The notes under the pieces are model-generated. The model was not told the origin of the DNA, did not search any database, and saw only the letters and a list, made by a program, of their open reading frames with translations. From Thermodesulfobacterium commune DSM 2178 (GTDB taxonomy: Bacteria; Desulfobacterota; Thermodesulfobacteria; Thermodesulfobacteriales; Thermodesulfobacteriaceae), in the NCBI RefSeq assembly GCF_000734015.1, contig NZ_CP008796.1, forward strand, positions 1,140,001-1,172,000: a stretch of DNA of 32,000 nt, written 5' to 3'. Numbering within the stretch: the first letter of the stretch is position 1; each line of letters starts with the position of its first letter. Shown one piece after another: positions 5,288 through 14,466 of this stretch. The position numbers and the translations under genes were made by a program.

Positions 5288-7564
5288 TTATCTCTTAAGG
5301 TTTATCAGTTCTTCAAGCATAGTATCTGAGACGGTGATGATACGGGAATCAGCCTGGAAGCCTCTCTGAAAGATAATCATTTTTACAAACTGTTCTCCCA
5401 GGTCTACGTTAGACTGTTCTATCGAGTTAGGAGCTATCGTTCCAAGGCCATTGCTACCTGGTTTACCTGTCACAGGAGGCCCTGAGTGGGTGGTTTCTTT
5501 AAAGAGATTACCCCCTACTTTTTGGAGCCTTTCAGGAGCGTTAAAGTTTGCCAAAGAAACCATCCAGAGAGGAATAACCCTTCCGTTAGAATAATTGCCG
5601 GTGATAATACCTTGGTTGTCTACAGTTATACTTTCAAGAGCTCCTGGGCCAAAACCGTCTTGGTCGTAAAAAATGGTGGCATTAGAGGTTGCGTATTGCG
5701 TAGTTCTTACAGATTCAGACCTCCAGGAGTCTTTAAAAAAGTATCCAAAGTTTAATTCTATTTGCTGAAGGTCATTTCTTACAAGACCTTGATCTTGCGA
5801 GTTTGGTGGGTAAATATCATATGGAAAATCTATGCCCAAAAAGTCGGCTATCATAAGGGGGTAACCATGTGGACCAAGGGCTGAAAATTTATCCACCGGG
5901 TCTGGAACAGGATTACCAGAGGTATCTACTACCTGAACTAAAGCCCCAGTGTTTGCATCCACTCTGTAAGTTTCATAAAACTTTTTTACATTTCCTTGGT
6001 TATCAAATTCAAGCCTACCATACATCAAGACCCCTTTTAAACTCTTAGCCTGTACATTACCTGAAAGTATTTGAAGTTTTTGAGTAATCGTTCCTTCTTC
6101 GTATTGCCACTGCATAGGAAGAGTATCTTTGGTAAAATCTCTCATATCTTCATTAGGGTTACAAGCCACCAAAAATTCGTAAACGTTATCTTTGGTGGTA
6201 GGGTTATAGTAAACCGTAATCTCATGTGGGGTTCCAAGAGAATCATAAACTGTAAGGGTTGTTCTGTAAGAATAGGCAGTAGAAGGTATAGGAACATCCT
6301 GTCTTGCATCCCAGTATGAAAGAAGGGTGTCAGTTTCCTGTAAAGTAAACACTGTGGCAGTTGGTGTACCACCACCATACCCTAAGTTAGACCAGTCTAA
6401 GTTGATCCTTTGAGTGGTTCCATCAAGAAAAAAGAAAATGTTCGTTTCATCCGAGTTATCACCTTTTACAAGGAGGGTCCCTGTCTCTTGAGTAGGGTCA
6501 TCAGGGTTAGTTGCTGGAGTTGCGGCAGGATTTTCAAAAACCCTGTAGTCCCATCTGCTATCCGTACTATCATACCTTATATAAACACGTAGCTTCCTTT
6601 GCGTTCCGTTAGCATCTATTACCTGAGGATCAGTAGGAGCAATAAAGTCTATATATTCCCAGGTATCTGGGTCTACATCACCTGACAGTTCTATCCTTCC
6701 TGTTCTTCCTGGCATCTTAATGTCGTTGGGACCGTTTACATGGGTAACACCGCTCCAGTCAAAACTTATCACCTCTTTGGTAGAAGGGAGCTCAAAGGAG
6801 ACTCTGGTTGAGGTGCTGTCTACCGCACTAACTATCGGTTGATTGGTTTCCAAATTATAAATTTCGTAAGCCCATTTTTGGGTTGCTGCATTATACCCGA
6901 GTCTTATTCCTATCTTATTGTCTTTACCGTCTACGTCCCTTATTACTACTTCATAATAGCCTGTAGGAGGGAAATAGGTATAGTTCCCGTCTGAAGGGTC
7001 GTCGTATAGATTTCCGCTTAAAAAAATAAGCTTGGTTCTCGTTTCCTCTCTTGCATCCAAGTTTGTGATAACATCTATTTTGGAAGTTTTAACCGGAGGA
7101 GAAGAGCGGTCTATTTGAATGTCGGTGATAGCACCGGTTATGTCTCCAGTTATCTCATCTATCCTCCATCCTTGCACCCTTAACCCACCTGCATTAACTA
7201 AATATCCCTCTTTATCTATCACAAACTGCCCATCTCTGGTATAAAAGGTGTTTCCTGTGCCTTTAGGATCTTTTACGATAAAAAAACCTGCTCCGGCTAT
7301 AGCCATATCAGTTGGGTTAGCTGTTGATTCAAAAGACCCTTGAGTAAAAAGCGGATAAAGTGCCTGAATACTTGCTCCTCTCCCAAGTTGTCCTGAACCA
7401 GCCCCAGTATTGATACTTTGTGCCATAACATCGCTAAAAGAGATCCTGGCACCTTTAAAAGCTGTGGTATTTAAATTAGAAACATTGTCTCCGATTACAC
7501 TCATCCCATGGCCAAGGGCTCTTAATCCACTTGTTCCTGTAAACAAGGCATCGGTCAAACCCAT
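5288..7564 (-). CDS. flgE: flagellar hook protein FlgE, long form (758 aa) with large central insert
   Basis: N-terminal rod/hook motif (SGLRA...IGDNVSNLNTTAFKG), a FYTRDGQF motif, and C-terminal SNVDLGEQFVKMIIFQRGFQADSRIITVSDTMLEELINLKR. Confidence 0.85.
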   Translation of the reverse strand: MGLTDALFTGTSGLRALGHGMSVIGDNVSNLNTTAFKGARISFSDVMAQSINTGAGSGQLGRGASIQALYPLFTQGSFESTANPTDMAIAGAGFFIVKDPKGTGNTFYTRDGQFVIDKEGYLVNAGGLRVQGWRIDEITGDITGAITDIQIDRSSPPVKTSKIDVITNLDAREETRTKLIFLSGNLYDDPSDGNYTYFPPTGYYEVVIRDVDGKDNKIGIRLGYNAATQKWAYEIYNLETNQPIVSAVDSTSTRVSFELPSTKEVISFDWSGVTHVNGPNDIKMPGRTGRIELSGDVDPDTWEYIDFIAPTDPQVIDANGTQRKLRVYIRYDSTDSRWDYRVFENPAATPATNPDDPTQETGTLLVKGDNSDETNIFFFLDGTTQRINLDWSNLGYGGGTPTATVFTLQETDTLLSYWDARQDVPIPSTAYSYRTTLTVYDSLGTPHEITVYYNPTTKDNVYEFLVACNPNEDMRDFTKDTLPMQWQYEEGTITQKLQILSGNVQAKSLKGVLMYGRLEFDNQGNVKKFYETYRVDANTGALVQVVDTSGNPVPDPVDKFSALGPHGYPLMIADFLGIDFPYDIYPPNSQDQGLVRNDLQQIELNFGYFFKDSWRSESVRTTQYATSNATIFYDQDGFGPGALESITVDNQGIITGNYSNGRVIPLWMVSLANFNAPERLQKVGGNLFKETTHSGPPVTGKPGSNGLGTIAPNSIEQSNVDLGEQFVKMIIFQRGFQADSRIITVSDTMLEELINLKR

Positions 7565-7597
7565 ATTAACACCCCCTTATATTTTTATCGGATTTTT

Positions 7598-9001
7598 TTA
7601 TCGTTTACTTAAAAAATCTTCTAACATCTGGTCTGCGGTGGTTATCACCCTGGTATTGCTCTGAAAAGCCCTTTGCAAGGTAATTAAACTCACCATCTCC
7701 GAAGCTAAATCTACGTTTGAGTTTTCGAGGGCTCCAGAAAGAAGTCTTCCTCTTTCAAACACCCCAGGAGAGAAGATAAACGGCTGAGCACCTTCTCTGG
7801 CCATAAAAAGTCCGTTTCCTACCTTAATTAAATTTTCTTCATAACCAGAAAAATCTGCCAAGAAGATCTTTGAAACCTCTATGTTCTTATTGTTGGTATA
7901 CCAGGCAACCACCTTACCTTCTTCAGTAATCACCTCTATCTTGTCAAACACTCCCATTGGATAGCCATCTTGGTTAAAATACAGCTGAGCAAAAGGATTA
8001 GCTTGAAGCTTACTGGAGTTAACAAATCTCGTTATACTTCCGTCTGGTTCTACTCTAAAACCAAGATTTAAGGTTATGGAGTGGGTAGCCCCTCCTATGT
8101 TTACCTGAAACTGTGGCCTACCAAGTGCGGTTAAATCCATCGGTGGGTCAACTGTGGGGTCAAAGGAAGAAGGGTTGGTTATCTCCCAAAAATTAGCCCC
8201 CACTATATCTCCGTTACCTCCAAAATATAGCCTTCCATACAGAAATGCCCCTTGATATTTCCCTGAACCTCTTCCGTCTAAGGTGGGGTCTTCCAGGGCA
8301 AACAAAAGCTCATATTCATTAAGATTTGAAGTGCGGTCTACATAAAGTTTAAAGTTAGTCTTGTTCCCAAAGGCATCATAACCATAAAGATCAAAGACGT
8401 AGTCAAACTTCTGGTTTTCTATTATATCAGAAGAGGTTGCATCATAACTTTGCCAAAGGGGATCGTCTATAGGTTCAACAGGTTTGGTGCTATCGAAGAT
8501 AAGTTGAAGGTCTATGTTAGAGGTGCTTTTAGGAGGCATAACCTTAGGGATGAGATATGGTTTAAGATTGGTTAAATCGGCTGAAGTTGCATCTGGATCT
8601 GAACCCAAAAGGTAAAGTCCCATACTGTTTTGTAAGGCCAAGTGTTGTTCGTCTACCTGGTTAACAAAAAACTGTCCATCTCGAGTATAAAAAATATTTC
8701 CTTTTTGGTCTGAAACCACAAAGAAGCCCTTACCAGAGATGGCAAGGTCAGTTGGAGAATCTGTGGTTACGATAGCCCCTTGGTTAAAAAGCGTTCTTAT
8801 AGCCTTTACGTTACTTCCCAACCCTTTTTCCTTCCTAAAAGTTTCTCCATAAGCCTCTACCAGGGCATTGGCAAACTCATATCTCCCTCCTTTAAACCCG
8901 GTAGTGTTAAGGTTAGAGATGTTGTCTGCAGAAACGTTCATCCCCATAGAAGTGGTTAACACCCCGCTATATCCTATATACATGACACCAAAAAGTCCCA
9001 T
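7598..9001 (-). CDS. flgE: flagellar hook protein FlgE paralog, canonical size (467 aa)
   Basis: NISNLNTTGFKG, FYTRDGQFF, and C-terminal SNVDLASEMVSLITLQRAFQSNTRVITTADQMLEDFLSKR. It sits directly downstream of flgD. Confidence 0.8.
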   Translation of the reverse strand: MGLFGVMYIGYSGVLTTSMGMNVSADNISNLNTTGFKGGRYEFANALVEAYGETFRKEKGLGSNVKAIRTLFNQGAIVTTDSPTDLAISGKGFFVVSDQKGNIFYTRDGQFFVNQVDEQHLALQNSMGLYLLGSDPDATSADLTNLKPYLIPKVMPPKSTSNIDLQLIFDSTKPVEPIDDPLWQSYDATSSDIIENQKFDYVFDLYGYDAFGNKTNFKLYVDRTSNLNEYELLFALEDPTLDGRGSGKYQGAFLYGRLYFGGNGDIVGANFWEITNPSSFDPTVDPPMDLTALGRPQFQVNIGGATHSITLNLGFRVEPDGSITRFVNSSKLQANPFAQLYFNQDGYPMGVFDKIEVITEEGKVVAWYTNNKNIEVSKIFLADFSGYEENLIKVGNGLFMAREGAQPFIFSPGVFERGRLLSGALENSNVDLASEMVSLITLQRAFQSNTRVITTADQMLEDFLSKR

Positions 9002-9004
9002 CCT

Positions 9005-9685
9005 TTAACCTCCTATCAATTCTTTGATGTCAGAAAGTTGGATTTCCTGGACTCCGTTTATCACAAGCCTGTTTTCTTCCCCTAACTTAGCTCCTGTTAC
9101 CCTAGCTACCATCGTAGGTTTTACCGAATTGACTGTTTTACCGTCATAAAGAAGGACAGAAAAGGTATAGTTACCATCAGGCACAAGATTTCCCGCCTGG
9201 TCTTTTCCATCCCATTCTATCTTATGGATCCCTTCTTTAAGGTCTGTAAGGGTTATCTTTTTTATCAGATTACCTTTAGAATCCCTTATAACTATTTCTC
9301 CTCCAGTGACAAACCCCTCAACCTTAAACTCACCCCCTAAAAACTGACCTTGCTCTACCCTTCCTATGTTTGAATCTACCTTTACCTTTTTATCTACCAA
9401 ACTTGAGACATAGGTAAGATTAAGGTTTTTACCAAGGTCAACCAAACTCTTTAAGGTGTCGTTTATGTTAAAAAGCTGGTCTACCTGATTGAACAAAGCA
9501 AGTTGAATAGCCATATCGTTGTTTTCAAGAGGTTTCATAGGGTCTTGATACCGAAGTTGAGTAACAAAAAGTTTTATAAAATCATCTTTTTGTAAAACTT
9601 TTTTAGGTGTTCTCTGGGTATTCTGAGAAGAGCTGTTTACTGAACTAATGGTAGAACTATTGGTGTTAACCGGGGTGGTAGCCAT
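9005..9685 (-). CDS. flgD: flagellar hook assembly (capping) protein FlgD
   Basis: 226 aa. DDFIKLFVTQLRYQDPMKPLENNDMAIQLALFNQV is the FlgD signature. The C-terminal Ig/FlgD-like beta domain contains IEWDGKDQAGNLVPDGNYTF. Confidence 0.9.
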   Translation of the reverse strand: MATTPVNTNSSTISSVNSSSQNTQRTPKKVLQKDDFIKLFVTQLRYQDPMKPLENNDMAIQLALFNQVDQLFNINDTLKSLVDLGKNLNLTYVSSLVDKKVKVDSNIGRVEQGQFLGGEFKVEGFVTGGEIVIRDSKGNLIKKITLTDLKEGIHKIEWDGKDQAGNLVPDGNYTFSVLLYDGKTVNSVKPTMVARVTGAKLGEENRLVINGVQEIQLSDIKELIGG

Positions 9686-9699
9686 AACCTTTTTCCTCC

Positions 9700-11340
9700 T
9701 TAAACGATAAAATAATGTTTCCCTTTTAGGTTTTTGAACCCTTTCTCAAGAGGTAAAATATTAAGATCTTGATTTTGTGCTTCTAAATCAGTCTTTAACC
9801 CTTTAGTCCCCTCTCTTTTCTCTCCAGATCCACCTGCAAAACCCTGATAACCCCAGTTGAGCTGAGTCTGGAAATCTTTAAGAGAAAGCCCAAGCTCTTT
9901 TAAACTTTCTTTTATGGCTTCAACGTTATTTTGAAGTTCACGAAAGGCTTCTTCTTTCTCCACCCTGGCTACGATGATTACCTCTTTTTCTTTAACCTTA
10001 ATCTCTAAATCAAGACCTCCTAAATGGGGAGGTTCAAGCCTTACATAAGCCTTCTTTTCTCCTTCTGGAAGAACCTCTGCCGAAAACCTCTTCACAAACT
10101 CAAAAAACTGAGGAGACATCTTATCTCCTTCTAAAAACTTTACAGTCTCTATATTTACCAGGTGCTGGTCGTTAGACCTTAGGTGAGACACTTGATGATA
10201 AAAAAATTGGAACCGAGTTAACCCTCCCTGTCCTTCTTGAGAAAACCCTTGTTTCTCTTTTAATAAAGCAATACCCTCGGCTAAAAAGGATCCTTTTTCT
10301 TTAACTCTTTCAAAATATCTTTCAAACATCCCGGCAGTTTTATCTAAAACCTCTTGAGGACCTGAAGGCTTAGTAGATAATCCCTTAATCACCTCAAACG
10401 GGGCTTCAGTTAAGTTCAAACCCTTTACTTCTGCATTTCTCTCCCCTAAAATAGTCTGTTGTTCAAACAATCTTTCTCTCAACTTATTAAACAAACTATC
10501 AACAACCTGATTATTGGTTATAAAACCTTCCTTTAAACGTGCCTCAGCTTGATTTACAACCTCTAACAACCTTGGCTTTAACTCTAAAAAGTTTTTATCA
10601 GAAAAAACCTCACTCTTTAGCTTTTCTTCAAGTTTTTGTATCAAGTTCTGAAAAGATAAAACATCTTCCTTCCCTAAAACTGTTTGTAATTTTTCTCCTT
10701 GGAGTAAATTTTGCTCTTCCTCCGTAACAGACAGATCATTTTTTATCTTAAAAAACGAATAAGCCCAAAGAGATGTCATCTCTTCGTTAGGCTGAAATCC
10801 AGTTTCTATCTTATGATTTAGCCAGATTAGAAAATCGCTTTTAAGGTCAGGCAAAAATAAAAGTTTGTTCAATTCTTCATAAACCCTAAGTTTTTCTGAG
10901 GGATTATTTAAAAATTTATCCAAAAGTTCTCCCAAGCCCTTTTGGTTTAGATTTAACCCAGAAACCTCTGTTAATCCTTCTTTAGATATGGATTGAATAA
11001 CTCCATCCAAGTTAATACCTGTCCTATCAACCAAATATCCCCAAAACAAAAAACTCCACACACCTTGCAGGTCCTCATCTTGAGCTTGGTCTTTTTGAAA
11101 AATCTTAGTGTGAGACAGACCTTCAGTTTGTGTTCCTTTAGTCTGTATTAAACCCTGAACTTGGTCTGCGTTTATACCCTGAGAACTCAACAGCTGAGAA
11201 GAAGGATCTCCGTTAGAAAGCAAATAAAGAAGGATAACTTGTAGAAAGTTAAATTCCTGATTAATCTCTCCTGAAATACCCCCATTAGATAAAAAAAGGT
11301 TGCCACAGGAACAATTATTTGAATTTAAATTTATCTTCAT
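9700..11340 (-). CDS. fliK: flagellar hook-length control protein FliK
   Basis: The C-terminal Flg_hook-type domain (VRLEPPHLGGLDLEIKVKEKEVIIVARVEKEEAFRELQNNVEAIKESLKELGL) follows a long, low-conservation N-terminal ruler. I place the start at ATG 11340, with GAGGGGAG 5 nt upstream. The track's 11355 start is a TTG inside that RBS. Confidence 0.8.
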   Translation of the reverse strand: MKINLNSNNCSCGNLFLSNGGISGEINQEFNFLQVILLYLLSNGDPSSQLLSSQGINADQVQGLIQTKGTQTEGLSHTKIFQKDQAQDEDLQGVWSFLFWGYLVDRTGINLDGVIQSISKEGLTEVSGLNLNQKGLGELLDKFLNNPSEKLRVYEELNKLLFLPDLKSDFLIWLNHKIETGFQPNEEMTSLWAYSFFKIKNDLSVTEEEQNLLQGEKLQTVLGKEDVLSFQNLIQKLEEKLKSEVFSDKNFLELKPRLLEVVNQAEARLKEGFITNNQVVDSLFNKLRERLFEQQTILGERNAEVKGLNLTEAPFEVIKGLSTKPSGPQEVLDKTAGMFERYFERVKEKGSFLAEGIALLKEKQGFSQEGQGGLTRFQFFYHQVSHLRSNDQHLVNIETVKFLEGDKMSPQFFEFVKRFSAEVLPEGEKKAYVRLEPPHLGGLDLEIKVKEKEVIIVARVEKEEAFRELQNNVEAIKESLKELGLSLKDFQTQLNWGYQGFAGGSGEKREGTKGLKTDLEAQNQDLNILPLEKGFKNLKGKHYFIV

Positions 11341-11370
11341 CTTAGCTCCCCTCAAGGCTTTTTTAATTTA

Positions 11371-11410
11371 AAATCAAAAAGTGTGCCTAAATTTGAAAAC
11401 TTAGGCTTTG
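11371..11410 (-). promoter_or_regulatory. ambiguous element: sigma54-like -24/-12 promoter for fliK-flgD-flgE, overlapping a weak nuo-operon terminator hairpin
   Basis: The minus strand reads TAGGCACACTTTTTGAT (11389-11373), i.e. GGCAC-N5-TTGA against the consensus TGGCAC-N5-TTGC, about 34 nt before the fliK ATG. The same bases close a hairpin, GCCTAAGTT/AATTTAGGC, followed by ACACTTTTTGATTTT. Confidence 0.3.
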
Positions 11411-11518
11411 GCAAAACTTAAGAAAAATGAAAGGTTAGCCGAAAAGGAGTTAGATCAGGGCAGGAAAAATTAGTCCTGTTTATTGATAAAGAGAAGGGAA
11501 AAGATTTCCTAAAGGTGT

Positions 11519-12967
11519 TTAGTATGGATAAAAAAGAAAGGTAAGATAAAGATAAAGGGTTCTGTAAACCATGTCTACCCAAGGTTTGGGGTAGATACCG
11601 ATCAAAAGGGTAAGAAAAGCGGTTATACTCACAGGGAACCAAACCCCAGGTTCCCAACGGTAGGAAAAGGTTTCCTCAGTTTTTTCCATGTAGATAAACT
11701 TTAAAACCCTAAGATAAGGATAAGCCCCTATCACTGAAAAAAGAACAGCTAAGATAGCTACCCAGATATATCCTGACTTAACCAAACCGATAAAAAGATA
11801 AAATTTTCCCATAAAACCTGCTGTCGGAGGAATCCCTGCTAAAGCAAACATAAAAATCAAGGTTAAAAAACTAAGCCCAGGGGAGATTTGGCTCAAGCCT
11901 GACAGTTTAGGTATATAAAGAAGATCCTTTTGGTAGTTGGCCAAAAACACCGCTATACTAAACATTCCTATGGTCATGATAAGATAAACCCAAAGGTAAA
12001 AAATCGTAAAGCTATAGCCTATCAGGTCTCCAGTAATCAGGCCTAAACCAGCATAACCTGCATGTGCAATAGAGGAAAAGGCAAGCATCCTTATCAGATG
12101 GTCTTGCTTGATAGCAAGCACATTTCCGATAAGAATGGTTAACAAAACCACAGGAATAAGTATTTGCCCTATCTTGGCTTTTAAAGGAATAAAGGCTACC
12201 ATAAGCAACTTTATCAGACAGGCTATAACCACAAACTTGATTATGGAGGCGATAAAGGAGGTTATAGGCAAGGGTGCGCTTTCATAAGCATCAGGAGCCC
12301 ACATATGAAAAGGCACAAAGGACATCTTCACCGAAAAACCTGCCAAAATAAACAAAAATCCTAACAGCACATAGGTTAACTCTGCCTTACCAAACAGACT
12401 TTGGGCAATCTGCATAAAAAACAAAGATCCGGTAGCACTATAAACCAACCCCATACCCAAAAGTAAAAATACCGACCCCATAGCTCCAGCCAGGAAGTAT
12501 TTAAAAGAACCTTCTAAGGATTTACGCTGTTGGGCAAAGTTTAACGCTATCAAAAGGTATACAGGGAAACTCATCAGCTCCATCGAAAGATACATGGTGA
12601 TCAAATCCATAGAAGAAAGCATCAAAAAAGCACCTATCAGAGAAAGGATCAAAAACCCATAATACTCCCCGTAGTTAAGCTGTGAATGATAGGTAAGATA
12701 GTTCTTAGAAAGGATAACAACCAAAAAGGCACCAAACAAAACGATAAACTTAAAGACTATCGAGAAAAAATCGTTTTGATAACTTAACGTAAACCCTCCA
12801 AAAGGCGAGATTAAAAGCACACCACTTGCTATCAAAAGAGACAAAAGGGTTAACCAAAAGGCATATCCTTTGTTTTTAAAAAATCTATCAAAAAGAAAAA
12901 CAAAACAACCTACTAGCAAAAGAAGAATCTCAGAAAGTATTACTCCAAAGTTAAGCTCTATGGTCAT
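11519..12967 (-). CDS. nuoN: NADH-quinone oxidoreductase subunit N
   Basis: 482 aa polytopic antiporter-like subunit and last gene of the nuo string. It has the typical NuoN/ND2 pattern (PFHMWAPDAYE, SSIAHAGY). Confidence 0.9.
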   Translation of the reverse strand: MTIELNFGVILSEILLLLVGCFVFLFDRFFKNKGYAFWLTLLSLLIASGVLLISPFGGFTLSYQNDFFSIVFKFIVLFGAFLVVILSKNYLTYHSQLNYGEYYGFLILSLIGAFLMLSSMDLITMYLSMELMSFPVYLLIALNFAQQRKSLEGSFKYFLAGAMGSVFLLLGMGLVYSATGSLFFMQIAQSLFGKAELTYVLLGFLFILAGFSVKMSFVPFHMWAPDAYESAPLPITSFIASIIKFVVIACLIKLLMVAFIPLKAKIGQILIPVVLLTILIGNVLAIKQDHLIRMLAFSSIAHAGYAGLGLITGDLIGYSFTIFYLWVYLIMTIGMFSIAVFLANYQKDLLYIPKLSGLSQISPGLSFLTLIFMFALAGIPPTAGFMGKFYLFIGLVKSGYIWVAILAVLFSVIGAYPYLRVLKFIYMEKTEETFSYRWEPGVWFPVSITAFLTLLIGIYPKPWVDMVYRTLYLYLTFLFYPY

Positions 12968-12980
12968 AACTTTTAGCCTC

Positions 12981-14450
12981 CTAAAACCTTAGGTTATTAA
13001 GTAAATGCTCGATTGAGGTGGTCATGTAGTCTAAAAAGAGTTTAGGATAAAGCCCTATCAAGAACACCAGAACCAACATAGGCAGCAAGGATAAAAATTC
13101 GTTAACCCTTAAAGGTGCTAACCTTTCTATATTAGGATTTACCCTTTCAAAAAATACCCGCTGGTAAAGCCAAAGCATATAACCTGCCCCGATGATAAGA
13201 CCTAAGGCAGCGAACACAACCAAGAGTTTGTTGGTAAAGAAAGTCCCTAAAAGGATCAGAAACTCCCCGATAAAACCGTTGGTTCCTGGAAGGCCGATCG
13301 AGGCTAACGTAAAAATCATAAAAAAGGTAGCATAAACAGGCATGACAGAGGCAAGCCCTCCATAATAGCTTATCGCACGGCTATGAGTACGGTCATAAAC
13401 AATGCCTACACACATAAACAAAGCACCGGTTACGATTCCATGGTTAATCATCTGTAAGATAGCTCCTTTCATAGCTATAGGATTAAAGGCAAAAATTCCC
13501 AGGGTTACAAAACCCATATGACTAACCGAGCTATAGGCAATAAGCCTTTTTAAGTCATCCTGAGCAAGACAGGCCAAACCTCCGTAGATGATAGCTATCA
13601 CCGAAAGTAAAAGTAATAACGGAGCAAACTCCTGGGCTGCATGAGGAAACATGGGTAACCCGAACCTTAGAAAACCGTATGCCCCAAGCTTAATCAAAAT
13701 ACCAGCTAAGATAACAGACCCAGCGGTAGGAGCTTCAGTGTGAGCATCAGGTAACCAGGTATGAACAGGCCACATAGGAATTTTTATCGCAAAGGCAAGG
13801 GCAAACCCTAAAAACAAAAGTTTCTCAGTCAAACCCCCAAGAGGAACCCCTAAAAGCTTGGTGTAATCAAAAGTTCCAAATTTAAGGAAAAGATAGATAA
13901 TGGCAATCAGCATAAAAACTGACCCAAAAAAGGTATAGAGAAAGAACTTAAGGGTTGAATAGATCCTTCTTGGTCCTCCCCAAATCCCTATGATAAGATA
14001 CATCGGAATAAGCATTGCCTCCCAAAATACATAAAAAAGAAGCAGGTCAAGGGCACAAAGGGTCCCTACAATCGCTATGTTGGTAAAAAGGAGAGCTAAA
14101 TAAAACTCCCTCACCTTTTCCTTGATAGAATTCCAGGAAATGGTGATACAAAGTAAGGTGGTAAGGGTAGTAAGAGGTATAAAAAGGATGCTTATACCGT
14201 CTACCCCAAGAAAATAATAACTGTTTAAAGAGTCTATCCAGAGTCTCTTTTCTACAAACTGAAACCCAGGATTTTGAAAATCAAAGGAAAATAGAAGTAA
14301 AACCGACAAACCAAAGTCTATCAACATCGTAAAAAGTGCTATGCATTTGGCTGTATATTCAAATCTTTTTCCTAAAAGAAAAATCGGTAAAGCCCCTAAT
14401 AAAGGGAGCCATAATATTACCGAAAGTAGATTGTTTTGTAAAAACTCCAT
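12981..14450 (-). CDS. nuoM: NADH-quinone oxidoreductase subunit M
   Basis: 489 aa. ND4-like motifs include WPVHTWLPDAHTEAPTAGSVILAG and AYSSVSHMGF. Confidence 0.92.
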   Translation of the reverse strand: MEFLQNNLLSVILWLPLLGALPIFLLGKRFEYTAKCIALFTMLIDFGLSVLLLFSFDFQNPGFQFVEKRLWIDSLNSYYFLGVDGISILFIPLTTLTTLLCITISWNSIKEKVREFYLALLFTNIAIVGTLCALDLLLFYVFWEAMLIPMYLIIGIWGGPRRIYSTLKFFLYTFFGSVFMLIAIIYLFLKFGTFDYTKLLGVPLGGLTEKLLFLGFALAFAIKIPMWPVHTWLPDAHTEAPTAGSVILAGILIKLGAYGFLRFGLPMFPHAAQEFAPLLLLLSVIAIIYGGLACLAQDDLKRLIAYSSVSHMGFVTLGIFAFNPIAMKGAILQMINHGIVTGALFMCVGIVYDRTHSRAISYYGGLASVMPVYATFFMIFTLASIGLPGTNGFIGEFLILLGTFFTNKLLVVFAALGLIIGAGYMLWLYQRVFFERVNPNIERLAPLRVNEFLSLLPMLVLVFLIGLYPKLFLDYMTTSIEHLLNNLRF

Positions 14451-14466
14451 AAACCTTCCTCCGCTT

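Noticed and set aside
11418-11657. 79-aa minus-strand ORF spanning the nuoN 3' end and the intergenic region
   Set aside because: It overlaps nuoN in another frame and has no RBS or motif. The intergenic part is better explained as terminator/promoter sequence.
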